Below, in pieces: positions 52,435 through 64,000 of a stretch of 64,000 bases of DNA. The position numbers and the translations under genes were made by a program. The DNA comes from Octopus vulgaris (lineage: Eukaryota), in assembly GCA_951406725.2 (NCBI GenBank), contig OX597827.1:30690001-30754000 (forward strand), given 5' to 3'. Under the pieces are notes generated by a model. The model did not search any database. It was not told the DNA's origin and saw only the letters and a list, made by a program, of their open reading frames with translations. The first letter of the stretch is position 1, and every line of letters starts with the position of its first letter.

Positions 52435-55084
52435 ATATATTTATTCTTCAATATACATAAAAATGAAGGGATGGCTGAGTGGTTAAGAAGCTTGCTTTGC
52501 AAGCATATGACTTCAGGTTCAGTCTCACATTTGGCAAATATCTTGTACTATAGCCACAGGCTGACCAATGACTTGTGAATGAATTTGGTTGACAGAAATT
52601 GTAGTAGAAGCTCATGACACACACACACACGTGTGTGTTTTTGTCCTGCTGCTCTACTTGACAACCAGTGTTGGTTTGCTTATGTCCCTCTAAATTAGCA
52701 GTTCAGCAAAAGAGACTGATAGAATAACTAGCAGACATAAAAAGTGAACACTGGGTTTGATTTGTTCAATTAAATCATTCAAGATGGTGCCATAGCATGG
52801 TCACAGTCTAATGACCAAAACAAGTAAAAGATAAAAGATAATGATGAATGATGCTGTCTCTCACACACATACACAAATGAGCGCCTAAATATCCGACATG
52901 TCATGTGATCATGTGAATATGTTAGTGCTCATGTGAGTGGCTCTTTGTACACATAAATATGTGAAGATCTCTATTGCATGACATTTATTTACTTTCTATC
53001 AAATATATAATGCATTCTGTTAATATCAGGCCAATCACTGGACCATTGAATTTATGATGGCAAAAGCCACAAGGGAGCACCTATGAAACTTAGGTGGAAC
53101 AAATAGCATAAAGTATATTTTCTTTGAAAAATTATAGTCTGCCAGTTTCTACAAAATAAATCACAAAAAGAGTGTGTGTGTGTACTGAAAGATGCTTGCT
53201 TTTGTACATTTGATTATGTTAAAGGAACTCTACCCTTGAGTTGAATGTGGGCCAAGAACAGATATTTAGAGGTGCTTACTACTTTATTCTTGGTTGAACA
53301 AGATGTTCCGTAAAACATCTTGATATTCTATAAAGTACATTCTATAGAGGACTAACAGCGAGCTTATAGACAGCAGACTATAAAAGAGAAGATGTTTGAA
53401 GAAAGCACTAAGTATTGAGTGAGATATTCACAACTTGAACTGGAATATTATACACTGGAGAATATGGAAGCTTTTAAAACGTCTTAGGCATGGCAGTGCT
53501 CCAGAACAAGCTGCCATTTCAAGAGAAGCTGTGAAAGAATGCCTCAGGGGCAATCTTCCTCCTTGTATTTTTCTATTAGCCAACAGTCAACAGCATATGG
53601 GTTTGTATCAGGCTGTTGAATAAACCCATAGAGGATCTACTGTTTTCTATTGACAATGACAATAAGACAGCTTTTCTTTGCTTGGAGGCTGCTGATGTGA
53701 ATGAGGTATGAACATGAAGCTTGAAGCCCTAACTTTTCCTTGCCAATGAATCCCACATCATCATTTCAAGTATCACTTACGTAAGAAGCTGTGGGCAGTG
53801 AGAGAAGTCTTCTTGCCCTTAGGCTATATTTTATGAATGCTTGGTGAAAATGGCAAAACATCATATGGGTAAATAAGCATAATGTGGGTGAAAAGATGGT
53901 TGTTTGGGTTGAAGGAAACTCAGTTAACCGAACCTTTCTTAAACACTTACAATACCTATTTTGTTTCCTTGCTTTTAGGAATAAAATTTATTAACACCAT
54001 TCATACAATGGCTTGTCGCATATAATATACTAATGATGTATTTGTTTTCTAATGTCATTTTGCTTTTTTGGTGCTCTCTGTGGTAACTTAATAAATTATC
54101 ATCATCATCATTAACACCAATATAATTGTTACTTATTACTATTATTATTATCATTATAATTGCTGTTGTTATTATTATTATTATTATTATTTAACATTGG
54201 AGCTGATGAGTTGGCACAGATGGGTAAGTGATGAGATGTTTTATAGTTTAGTCGCATTTAGTTTGCTATCTCGCATTTCTGTTCAAATCCCAGAGGAAGG
54301 CGGCAGAGGGTGGGGAGTGGGGTGAGAGAAGGCGATTTGCATTTTATCCCTTGGGGAGTGGATGGATGGGTGTTGGTTGTTCATTGTTGTAGTTGTTGGA
54401 GGTGCTGGTGGTGGTGGGTGTCAACAATTCCATCATCAATGATACTCCTTTCACTCACAAAAAAAAACTGGTAGTTGTGCTCAGTCAAAAGAAACTATTA
54501 TATAAAAAATATGTGTGTGTGTGTGTATATACATACATATATATATGTATGTATGTAGGTATGTATTGTTATGTAGGCACAAAGCATTTGAATAAGGAGG
54601 ATGGGAAAAAAGCAGCAGTTACAGTGCTTTTTCCCCAGAGTATCAGCCACAATAATTGAACACACAAAGGGGAGACAGCTGGACGGGATGCTTTATTGCT
54701 CTATGGTTGATCTATTTCAGTACCTCACTGCTTTGAATTAAAAATCTTGCTGGGGTGCACTTTGTCTCTCAGCCAAATGCAATCAATAAAATAAGTATCA
54801 ATAGTGTATGAGAACAGATCTCAGTCCAATTATAAGCTCCTCCCTTAACAAAAAACAAAAAAAAACAAACACATAAACACCATGACCCTACTAAAAAGAA
54901 ACTACCACCATCACCACCACCCCTGCTGCCACCAGTGCAGTTTGTTCAGTGGTGACCTATTTTAACCCCAGGCATCATACAAGTTCTCACAGGTGATTAT
55001 TTCATTGAGCCTAGAAGAGTGAAATATGTCTTAGATTTGAAAGAATCACACTCAACTCTAACCATTCCAATAATAATAATAATG

Positions 55085-55149
<65 letters not shown>

Positions 55150-55607
55150 CCTTTCTACTATAGGCACAAAGCCTGAAATTTGGGGATGGGGGGGGCAGTC
55201 GATTAGATTGATCCCAGTACACAACTGGTACTTAATTTATCAACCCTGAAAGGATGAAATGCAAAGTTGCCCTCAGCGGAATTTGAACTCAGAACGTAAA
55301 GACAGACAAAATACCACTAAGCATTTCGCCTGGCATGCTAACGATTCTGCCAGCCCACCGCCTTCATAAAAATAATAATAATAATTCTTTCTACTATAGG
55401 CACAAGGCCTGAAATTTTGGGGAAGGGGTTAGTTGATCACATTGATCCCCAGCACTTGCACTATTTTATCATCGACCCCAAAAGGATGAAGAGCAAAGTC
55501 CACCTCGGTGGAATCTGAACTCAGAATGTAAAGAATCAGAAGAAATACTGCCAAACATTCTGCTAGCTTACCTGCTTAATAATAATGATGATGATGATGA
55601 TGATTAT

Positions 55608-55649
<42 letters not shown>

Positions 55650-56199
55650 ATATGATATGAGCCCAAAAGACCTTTAACATTAAAGATAAAAACAGGATGA
55701 TACAATGGGTTTTCACGTGTACACAATATAAATAACAGTTAAAAATTAAACAAATTAAACTCCCAATAGGGGAGGTGCTTTAAGGTCCTTGAGGAAAAAT
55801 CCACAAAAGCCACGCGTGCCTGAACAACAGGGCAAGAGTCCTTTTTTTTACAGGTGCATGCTCAGAACTGGTCCTTTCACACTGGCCATTCTTCCAACAT
55901 TCACCCACCTTTCAACAAACTTGCTACAAGGCAACACTTCCCTCTGCACCCTCAACTTCCTTTTCAAGTGAAACTTGAGAAAGTTGATGAGGGCTTGGCT
56001 AAAGACGAAAGTGTCTGTCTTTAGCCCTTTCACACAGGTCCACCATACTACCTCTTTCGCTACAGCCACTAGACAAATAAAAATTGCCTGCCCCACACGA
56101 GAGGGCAGTAGGGCAATCTTCACAATGGATTCAGCTGATAGCTGGATTCATTCCACATGCAATGGCAGGTGTTCGACATAAACCCACAGGTCAGCAATC
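55650..56199 (-). mobile_element. L1/Tx1-group LINE 3' end
   Basis: Minus-strand peptide IADLWVYVEHL...LVAVAKEVVWWTCVKG...FLKFHLKRKLRVQREVL...FVERW resembles the Tx1-type ORF2 C-terminus; it is followed by a 3' UTR and an (ATC)n tract. Confidence 0.6.
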
Positions 56200-56385
56200 T
56201 TTAGAGGAAGGTACACTGACCCCAGTGCCCAACTGCTATTCTATTTTCTTGATCCTGAAAGGATGAAAGGCAAAGTTGACCTTGGCAGGATTTGAACTCA
56301 GAATGTAAAGAGTCAAAAGAAAGTACCACAAAGTATAATGAACAATGCACTTATGATTCCGCCAGCTCACCACCTTAATAATAAT

Positions 56386-56760
56386 AACAAGAACACTTAG
56401 AGAGTGCAAACCTCTGCCAAGGCAACACCAACGTCTTCTCAACGATTAGACAGAGATGATTTTTAAAATGAGAATATCTGAAATAAACTCAACTGCTCTC
56501 ACAAATGAGGAAACTAAAAATGAACCTGACCGCTCTGAAAAATTAAGTAAAAAACTGGAAAAATAATCCAGAATCCTTGTCAGGTACTGGATCATTTCCA
56601 AAATCTAATCAGTTCATGCCAATCATGAGGCCAAACTTTCCTGAAAGTTTCATTTGAATCCATCCAGTGGTTCTTGAGATATCTTGTCCACAGATAAACA
56701 AACAAACAAACAAACACAACTGAAAACAATACCTCCGCCTTCATGAAGGCTGAGGTAATA
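56386..56760 (-). mobile_element. HINE/DINE-like element, third copy
   Basis: Reverse-complement copy of 40239-40598. Confidence 0.7.
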
Positions 56761-58754
56761 ATGTTGATGATGATGATTTATTTTATTTGCTACAGGAGCA
56801 TCTAATGAAGAGGGCATTAGAAGGGCAGTTAACAATTTATGTGTGTGTGTGTATGGGGGGGGGGGGTCACTTAAAAGTACAAAGAAAAGGGGCAGGAGGG
56901 GGGGAAAGAAGGGAGAAAATGTATACATGTGTGAAGACACATGGCCTTGTGGTTAGGGTGTTACACTCATGATTGCAAGAGCATGGTTTCCATTCCCAGG
57001 CTGGCGGTGCATCGTGTCCTTGAGCAGAACACTTCATTTCAAATTGGTCCAGTTCATTCAGCTGTTAATGGGGAAGCTTTTTGATGGACTAGTGAATGAG
57101 GGTGAGATGGCCACACAGGAAGATCAATCCAATGGAGGCCTCATGGGCCACGTTTTGTGTTCAGTAATCAAAAGAATGAATAGTACAACTCATTCAGAGA
57201 ATCGCAATTGATTGGGATTGATTGTTCAACCACTTCAAAGGATGCATGATACAAAATATGTAAACACATGGATGATGTGGTCCTTCTAATACATGAGGGC
57301 TTTCAACAAGGGGCAATCGAGACACCTCATATATCCTGGATGCACAAGGTGCGTGTTTAGAGTAATTATATTCACTCTAACCATTTTTGTCACTGTCACC
57401 TACCCCCACCTTTTGATAAATTCCCAGGGGAAGGGCACTTTCTTCTCCACTCTGTTTCTAGTTTAAGGCCAGAAATTCCAAGGAGAGAGGATTAGTCAAT
57501 TACCTCAATCTGTTACTTTATTTAAATGACCCTTGAAGAAGGAAAGGCAAAGGTGACGACCCTAGCAGGATTTGAACTCAAAGGGCTGTAGCTAAATATC
57601 ACCAGGTATTTTATCTGATGCTTCAAAAATTCTACCCTGTTGTCAATAATCTTTCTTTTATTAGCTACAGAGTGTTCAAAGAGAGACAATACAATGTAAT
57701 CTGCATTGAACAAGGGACTTACAAATATATGTGAATGGGTTAGACAATTTATATAAAGATGGTATGAAAGAGGTTTTACAACTGAAGCAGAGACAAATTA
57801 AAAATTTTAAAAAACCCACAAATAATAATTATATAGAATTAAATAAAACAAAACTGGTAGCATGCATAAAGCACCCAATACACTTTTTAAAGTGTTTGGT
57901 ATTAGGAAGGGCATCCAGCTGTAGTAACCATGCCACAAGAGACAATTGGAGTCTGAAGAGGCCCCTAGCTGGCCAGCTCCTGTCAAATTGCCCAATCCAT
58001 GCCAGCATAGAAAACAGATGTTAAACGATGATTGATGATGATGATGATAAAGTATAATGAAAGCCTTGTGACTTTCAGGGTTCTTTATGACTTTGGAGGT
58101 CTATCCTGACCCCTCTCAGCTTTGTTTGCCTCTCATCAACCTTGCACCAACCATTTGCCCATGCAGCAATACAAAGTTGGTGTCAAACCACAAATCAACA
58201 TTGTTATTAATGTGCTTGATCCTTACTTTTGTATCTTGCTGCCCAAGCACTGGCACATATATGTACCAGTGGAAGTATGTTTAATTATTTTATCGTGTTT
58301 TGGCTGATTGCAAAGTCTTGAAAATACAGCAGCCATCCCCACGAATCTAACCCTGCTCAATGCAGAGAGTTTCTCATGAAATGGGTTTTTTTTTCAGCTG
58401 TTGTTTGGACAGGAAGTGGGACCCCACTTTGCTTCATAAAACAGACATATGTTAGTTTTCAATTTGACCTCTCTTGGATTAGATCTCGGAGTAAAATGAT
58501 CTAATAAAACAGCCAGGTTTTATGAAATTCTGGTCAGTTATTTATTAATTCCTTTTTTCTTCTTTCTTTTTTTTTTATTGTTTTTCTGGGAACTTTGCCA
58601 AATCTAAAAACTACATCTGAGTAAAGACAGAGACAAAGCTGATTCATTAGTAGAACCAGTCATGACCTGTCACCTAGTGATTGACTCAAAAAAAAATCAT
58701 CTGACTAACTCGGTGGTGAATAATAACAACAACAACAACAACAACAATAATAAT

Positions 58755-59185
58755 GAGGCTGTGATGGGGAATAATAATTACAGGCTATGGGCTTTCTCCA
58801 TAAAGACTGACCATAAAATTAAAGTAATGAGATCAGATGTGATTGCAGAGGGCAAAAATGAAAGGAAAAAGTTTAAGATCATAGACTTTGTAATACCATA
58901 TTGTAACAGAGTGGATACCAAAGAAAGAGAAAACTGAGAGACATCAGGACCAAACCAGAGAGAATATGGAAGACAGAAGTAATAATTGTTCCGGTGGCTG
59001 TTGGTGCACTTGGCACAACACCTATATTGTTACATAAGAGAATATTTGGATTAGCACTTGCATTGTCAACCTGAAGAAAAGTGTCATTCTCTATTCTGTA
59101 AGGATCCTAAGAAAGATTTTCAAAATTTGAGGAAACTTGTTGCTGCAAAATCTCAAGACACATCCTTGCTAAGTAAAGAAGCATG
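58755..59185 (+). mobile_element. Degraded R4/Dong-like LINE 3' end (restriction-like endonuclease)
   Basis: EAVMGNNNYRLWAFSIKTDHKIKVMRSDVI...KIIDFVIPYCNRVDTKERE, then VIIVPVAVGALGTTP; begins directly after an AAC/AAT run. Confidence 0.7.
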
Positions 59186-59980
59186 TAATAACATGTAATA
59201 ACAATAATCATAATTTCTTTATTTTTTACAATAAGAATGGTAATTCTGACTTAGTGTAAAACCAATATGGCTAAAAATTCAAATACAGTTGATTGATTTA
59301 ACTTCAGCATATTACTGGTACTTATTTTCTTGGCTCTGAAGAGATGATAAAGTAATAAAAACAATAAATATATAAATAAAAAAATAAAAGTGCTAAGCCT
59401 ACCCCAACAGGATTTGAAACTGAAATATATATTAAAGGATGAAATAGGATACTTTAATGCATTTAATCAGGCATTCCGTTATTTCTGTCAACTTAATGGT
59501 CACACCATCTTAATCACAACAACAATTATATCATATTATTCAGTATTATGATTATGGTTATTATTATTATTATTATGATTATTAGTGGGAGCAAATGACA
59601 TGACATGTAAGTTGGTAAAGCTAAAAACCAAGCCCATGGTACCGTTTTTGATTCCCAGCTGGAACTGCCTCCTTTACATTGTTAATACCCTTTGGAACAA
59701 TATAAATGTCAAAACTATTCAATCCCCGCTCGCACCCAACACGAAGGCTTAATGACCGAGGAAGTGATAGACTTATTATTAATGGTGTGTTAAGGTCCTT
59801 GTTGAATGGAATTGACTGTGTGATTATAATTTAAAGTAGCAATGGTTTCATCTACTATTCTGATGCTTTGAATGAACAGCCTGGACTCAACAAATTTGTG
59901 TGTGCATGTGTGTGTATGTGCCACAACAGAATTAAAGCTTCACTGTCAAACAATAAAAAAGAATATATATATACTTATAT

Positions 59981-60376
59981 AGGCGTAGGAGTGGCTGTGT
60001 GGTAAATAGCTTGCTTATCAACCACATGGTTGCGGGTTCAGTCCCACTGCGTGGCAACTTGGGCAAGTGTCTTCTACTATAGCCTTGAGCTGACCAAAAC
60101 CTTGTGAGTGGATTTGATAGATGGAAACTGAAAAAAGCTCGTCGTATATATGTATATATATGTGTGTATGTGTGTGTGTGTGTGTGTATGTTTGTGTGTC
60201 TGTGTTTGCCCCCACAACATCGCTTGACAACCGATGCTTAGGGGTTCGGCAAAAGAGACCGACAGAATAAGTACTAGGCTTACAAAGAATAAGTCCTGGG
60301 GTCGATTTGCTCGACTAAAGGCGGTGCTCCAGCATGGCCGCAGTCAAATGACTGAAACAAATAAAAGAGAAAAGAG
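59981..60376 (+). mobile_element. SINE family A copy
   Basis: Head-to-tail similarity with a small internal deletion. Confidence 0.85.
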
Positions 60377-61029
60377 TATATATATATACACATATTATAT
60401 GTGCGTGTGTGTGTTAAGCATGTAGCTCTCGACAGCAAGAAACCTATTCTGAATTTGCCTTTCCTCTCATAGTTTAAACGCTCAACTTGAAATAAAACTG
60501 TATTTTTCGGGGTTCATAATCTCTTACAACCTGCATGGCAACCTAACCTGTGCTGATGCCACAAAAAAAAAAAAGGAAAAGGCACCCAGTACATGCTGTG
60601 AAGTGGTTGGCATTAGGAAGGGCATCCACTCATAGAAATCAGGCTAAAGTGGACAATGGAGCACAAGACGGTCATTGGATCTGTCAATTCCAGTCAAACT
60701 GTCCATACCAGCATGGAAAATGGATGTTAAAATGAAGATGATGGAGATTTCATCATTAACATTATTTAACATACGCATTAGAAGTGCTAAGCAATGATGT
60801 GTTTCAATACAAACTTGTTACCAATTCAAATATGTTTGGCGGACATATTCAAATCTATAAGGAAGCTGTTCACAGTATTTCGTCGAGTATTTTGTCTACA
60901 ACAAGAATTTTTCTCCATCACAGAATATGGTGAATGACATTCTCAAGCAGATTTGAACTGGAAATATGTTTGCATTCAATATTTTCATCCAGTATGTGGA
61001 GCTTTCAAGAAAAAAAGGAAAAATTTAAC

Positions 61030-61184
61030 AGGTATGGCTGTGTGGTAAGAAGCTTGCTTCCCAATAACATGGTTTTGGGTTCAGTCCCACTGTGTGGCGC
61101 CTTGGGCAAGTGTCTTCTACTATAGCCTCGAGCAAACCAAAGCCTTATGAGTGAATTTGGTAGAGGGAAACTGAAAGAAGCTTG

Positions 61185-61232
<48 letters not shown>

Positions 61233-62586
61233 CAGAGATGTACTTGCATAGCAAGTGACCTGATCTGAGATTGTGTGCTGGAACGAAAACAATTGCAGCG
61301 TGGAAGGTGCTTATAAGCCATTTAACCCTTTCGTTACTATATTTCTGACCAAAATACACCCCTTTTGTGTTTCAATTAATTTCTAACATAATCATAAAGT
61401 TAGTCTGGTTTCATTAAACAACTATAACTTTTTTATTTATCAATATATTAATCTGATTTTTGGAAGATAATTTAATGAAATGTTCTCAACGAATTCTATA
61501 CTATAATTTTTGTCACAAAGTGACTCTAATTGCAGGTAGATACAGGTAAATTCAACAAAATATAAAATTATTAAAATTTTGTTCAAACATCGCTAAAGAA
61601 AATGGGTTATTAGCTAATATTCAATTGGGTATACAACAAAATTTTACGATAGAATTTGTTATTCTGGGTAACTTTCTGATACCCATAATAATATCTATAG
61701 TAAAATAGTCTTAATTTCATTTAAGGTTGTGGGAAACCACTAACTATCCTTTCTTTCGCTTTGTTTACATTTAGCGTAACGGTTCGTTTCCGCCGTAATG
61801 ATTTCAAATAGGCTCATTCGAAAAAGTAAAAATAAATAGTCTAAGGCTTTACTCTCCTGGGAAAGTCTGTGGCTTGGTCCAGTTTCTTCAGAAAAATCAC
61901 CGAAAGAAACAGTTTTTCAATTTTCACTCTATTCAGGTGCCAATTCATTTTCTTTATCGCAGTCGGAGCTCTCGGATTCACTGTTTTCACTTTCGGAAAA
62001 TGAAACATCAGATTCATTATCAAATACCATGTGCTTTTTTTTTTTCAGTCATAGAGTTAGATTTATCAAGGTCTTCAGTAGAAAATCCTTCGAATTCTGA
62101 CTCGCTGCTTGATATGATGAAATTCGTATCCATTTTTTGTCAGAATTACAAAGTTTGAAAACACAATAGGAACAAATTTTGGAAAAAAATCTCCCAAAAT
62201 TTACGGAATTAAAATTACACTTCGATCGTTGTACAAAACTGTAGATGAACTGTTTACGAAGTATAATCACGTGTTTTCACAAATGTAATAAAGAGATTTG
62301 CTCTGATATTCTCATTTAAATATGAATAGGTAAATACGGGCGGGTTTGGGCGGTTTGGTTACATTAACCAAAATTTTTTTCGGGCGGTTTTGGGCGGTTT
62401 GGTAACGAAAGGGTTAAGAAACACACAATGCATATATATATATATATATATTGTGTGTGTGTGTGTACCAGTGTTTGTCCCCCCACCATCGCTTGACAAT
62501 CAATGCTGATGTGTGTATGTTCCCGTAACTTAGTAGTTTGGCAAAAGAGGTCTATAGAATAAATACTAGGTTTACAAAGAATAAGT
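61030..62586 (+). mobile_element. SINE family A copy split by nested insertions
   Basis: Head 61030-61187 and tail about 62470-62586. Between them lie a non-SINE fragment (about 61230-61325, resuming 62418-62428) and the piggyBac element. Confidence 0.7.
61326..62413 (-). mobile_element. Complete non-autonomous piggyBac element (1088 bp)
   Basis: TTAA TSDs at 61322-61325 and 62414-62417; 12-bp TIRs CCCTTTCGTTAC / GTAACGAAAGGG; repeated subterminal GGGCGGTTT motifs at 62338-62400; frameshifted acidic N-terminal transposase remnant on the minus strand. Confidence 0.92.
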
Positions 62587-64000
62587 GCCGAGGTTTCTTT
62601 CAAGCATTGGGCCTTATGGAGGCAATGTGGCTGATTTCCTTTTGAGTGTTGGGCCTCAAGGAGGCAATGACCGAGAGACCTTTGGCATTATGTCGTGCTT
62701 AAGAAGAAGACCCATTAAGCTGAGCAAAACTGCAGTCATGTCAGATACCGGTGTCATGCAAATTGGCACCCATGCCACCAGTGTCATGCAAACGGTACCC
62801 GTGCTGGTGGCACATAAAAGCACTCATTACACTCTCGGAGTGGTTGATGTCAGGAAGGGCATCAAGCTGTAGAAAACCATGCCAAATCATTTGACAGCTA
62901 CAGCAATGTAAGGAAGTGCATTGTGACCAGCAGTATATAACAACATCTGATAGACCGGTTGATACAGTGATATATATACATATATACATTTATGTCATTA
63001 CTACTATATGAACCTGAAGATTGCAGAGTTTAATGTATGAAAGTACTAATTCCATCAGAATGGACATTTAATATTCTATCATTTCATTATATCATATTAT
63101 CTTATCTTATCTTATTATAAGATTGTAAATAAAACATGAAAATCAGACAAAGTTAGAATTTCCACAAGTAATACACACATATACATGCACATATATACAC
63201 AAACATATGTGTTTGTGTATGTATATGTGAGAGTAAAAAGCACTCGTGCTGGTGTCATGTAAAAAGCACCCAGTACCCTTTGTAAAGAGGTTGGCATAAG
63301 GAAGAGCATCATGCTATAGAAACCATGCCAAAACAAGACAATTGTGGCCTGGTGCAGCTCTCCGGCTTGCCACCTCCTGTCAAACCATCCAACCCATGCC
63401 AGCATGGAAAATGGACATTAAATGCTGTTGCTGCTGCTGATGATGATGACAACGATATATGTATGTATGTATAAAGGGAAATGTTTGTCGACCATCGAGG
63501 CAGTAGCCATTGAAATGGGGTAATTCATTAGTGCAAGTGTAAAGACTTGAAAATAGTTGAAAACCAAACACAGAGAAGAATATTATATGCACAAGTATTA
63601 TAAAGTTAGTGAATTAGGTTTGAACAAACACAGACTGAGGTGATGGTGTGACAGGTTGTAATGAAGTTGGTTACTATGGTAATAACGGTGGCAGTTGGTA
63701 GATAAAAGAGGGAGTCTCTTGTTGTTGTTGCTGTGTAACTTCAGGTTGACCCTAGGCATTCTAGCCATACTATAGCTGTTCCGTTGTTTCTATAAGTGCA
63801 TAGAAAACTACAAACTCTAATGCAGTCTTTTATTATTTAATATGAAAGGATCTGAGTTGAGAGAAATTTAGCTGCTATTTTAGCAATTTTCACATCTACA
63901 TTGGGTTTTGATGTATTGATTAGAGTCCTTTACTCCTGATGGTGGAGATGGCGGTAATGTTGCTGTTGACATATTTTTGTTGTTATTGTTGTTGTTATAC

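Noticed and set aside
58060-58280. Non-repetitive-looking stretch with short ORFs
   Set aside because: No convincing splice sites or motif; possibly an old LINE fragment but unassignable.
60810-61010. Candidate first coding exon of the E93-like gene
   Set aside because: Minus-strand frames contain stops and lack the expected C..RC..ERR..EL..W motif.

Overview
AT-rich, microsatellite-dense animal genomic DNA. The SINE families are ones I recognise from octopus (coleoid cephalopod) genomes; this is recognition, not a database result. Most of the window appears to be intron. Three small minus-strand exons (32867-32935, 13133-13209, 10055-10097) have AG/GT splice sites and compatible phases. They splice to (G)LEAVALEIGGHDLVSELLEPFNRLETTVVSDWEPQETCFYCDSKITYPGSEVSEDGISKLPS, which resembles the conserved N-terminal region of the E93/Eip93F-Mblk-1-LCOR/LCORL transcription factor family; the first coding exon and the DNA-binding exons were not found in the window. 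The rest is a mosaic of transposable elements: a near-intact Tc1 (DD34E) with ~220-bp IR/DR termini, two inverted non-autonomous piggyBac copies, Penelope-like fold-backs with hammerhead-ribozyme-like cores, TAA-embedded R4/Dong-like LINE ends, Tx1- and CR1-like LINE ends, Helitron and Helentron (HINE) derivatives, hAT and mariner MITEs, and dozens of SINEs. Most ORFs in the supplied track are microsatellite or repeat artefacts. No CRISPR, rRNA or true tRNA gene is supported.
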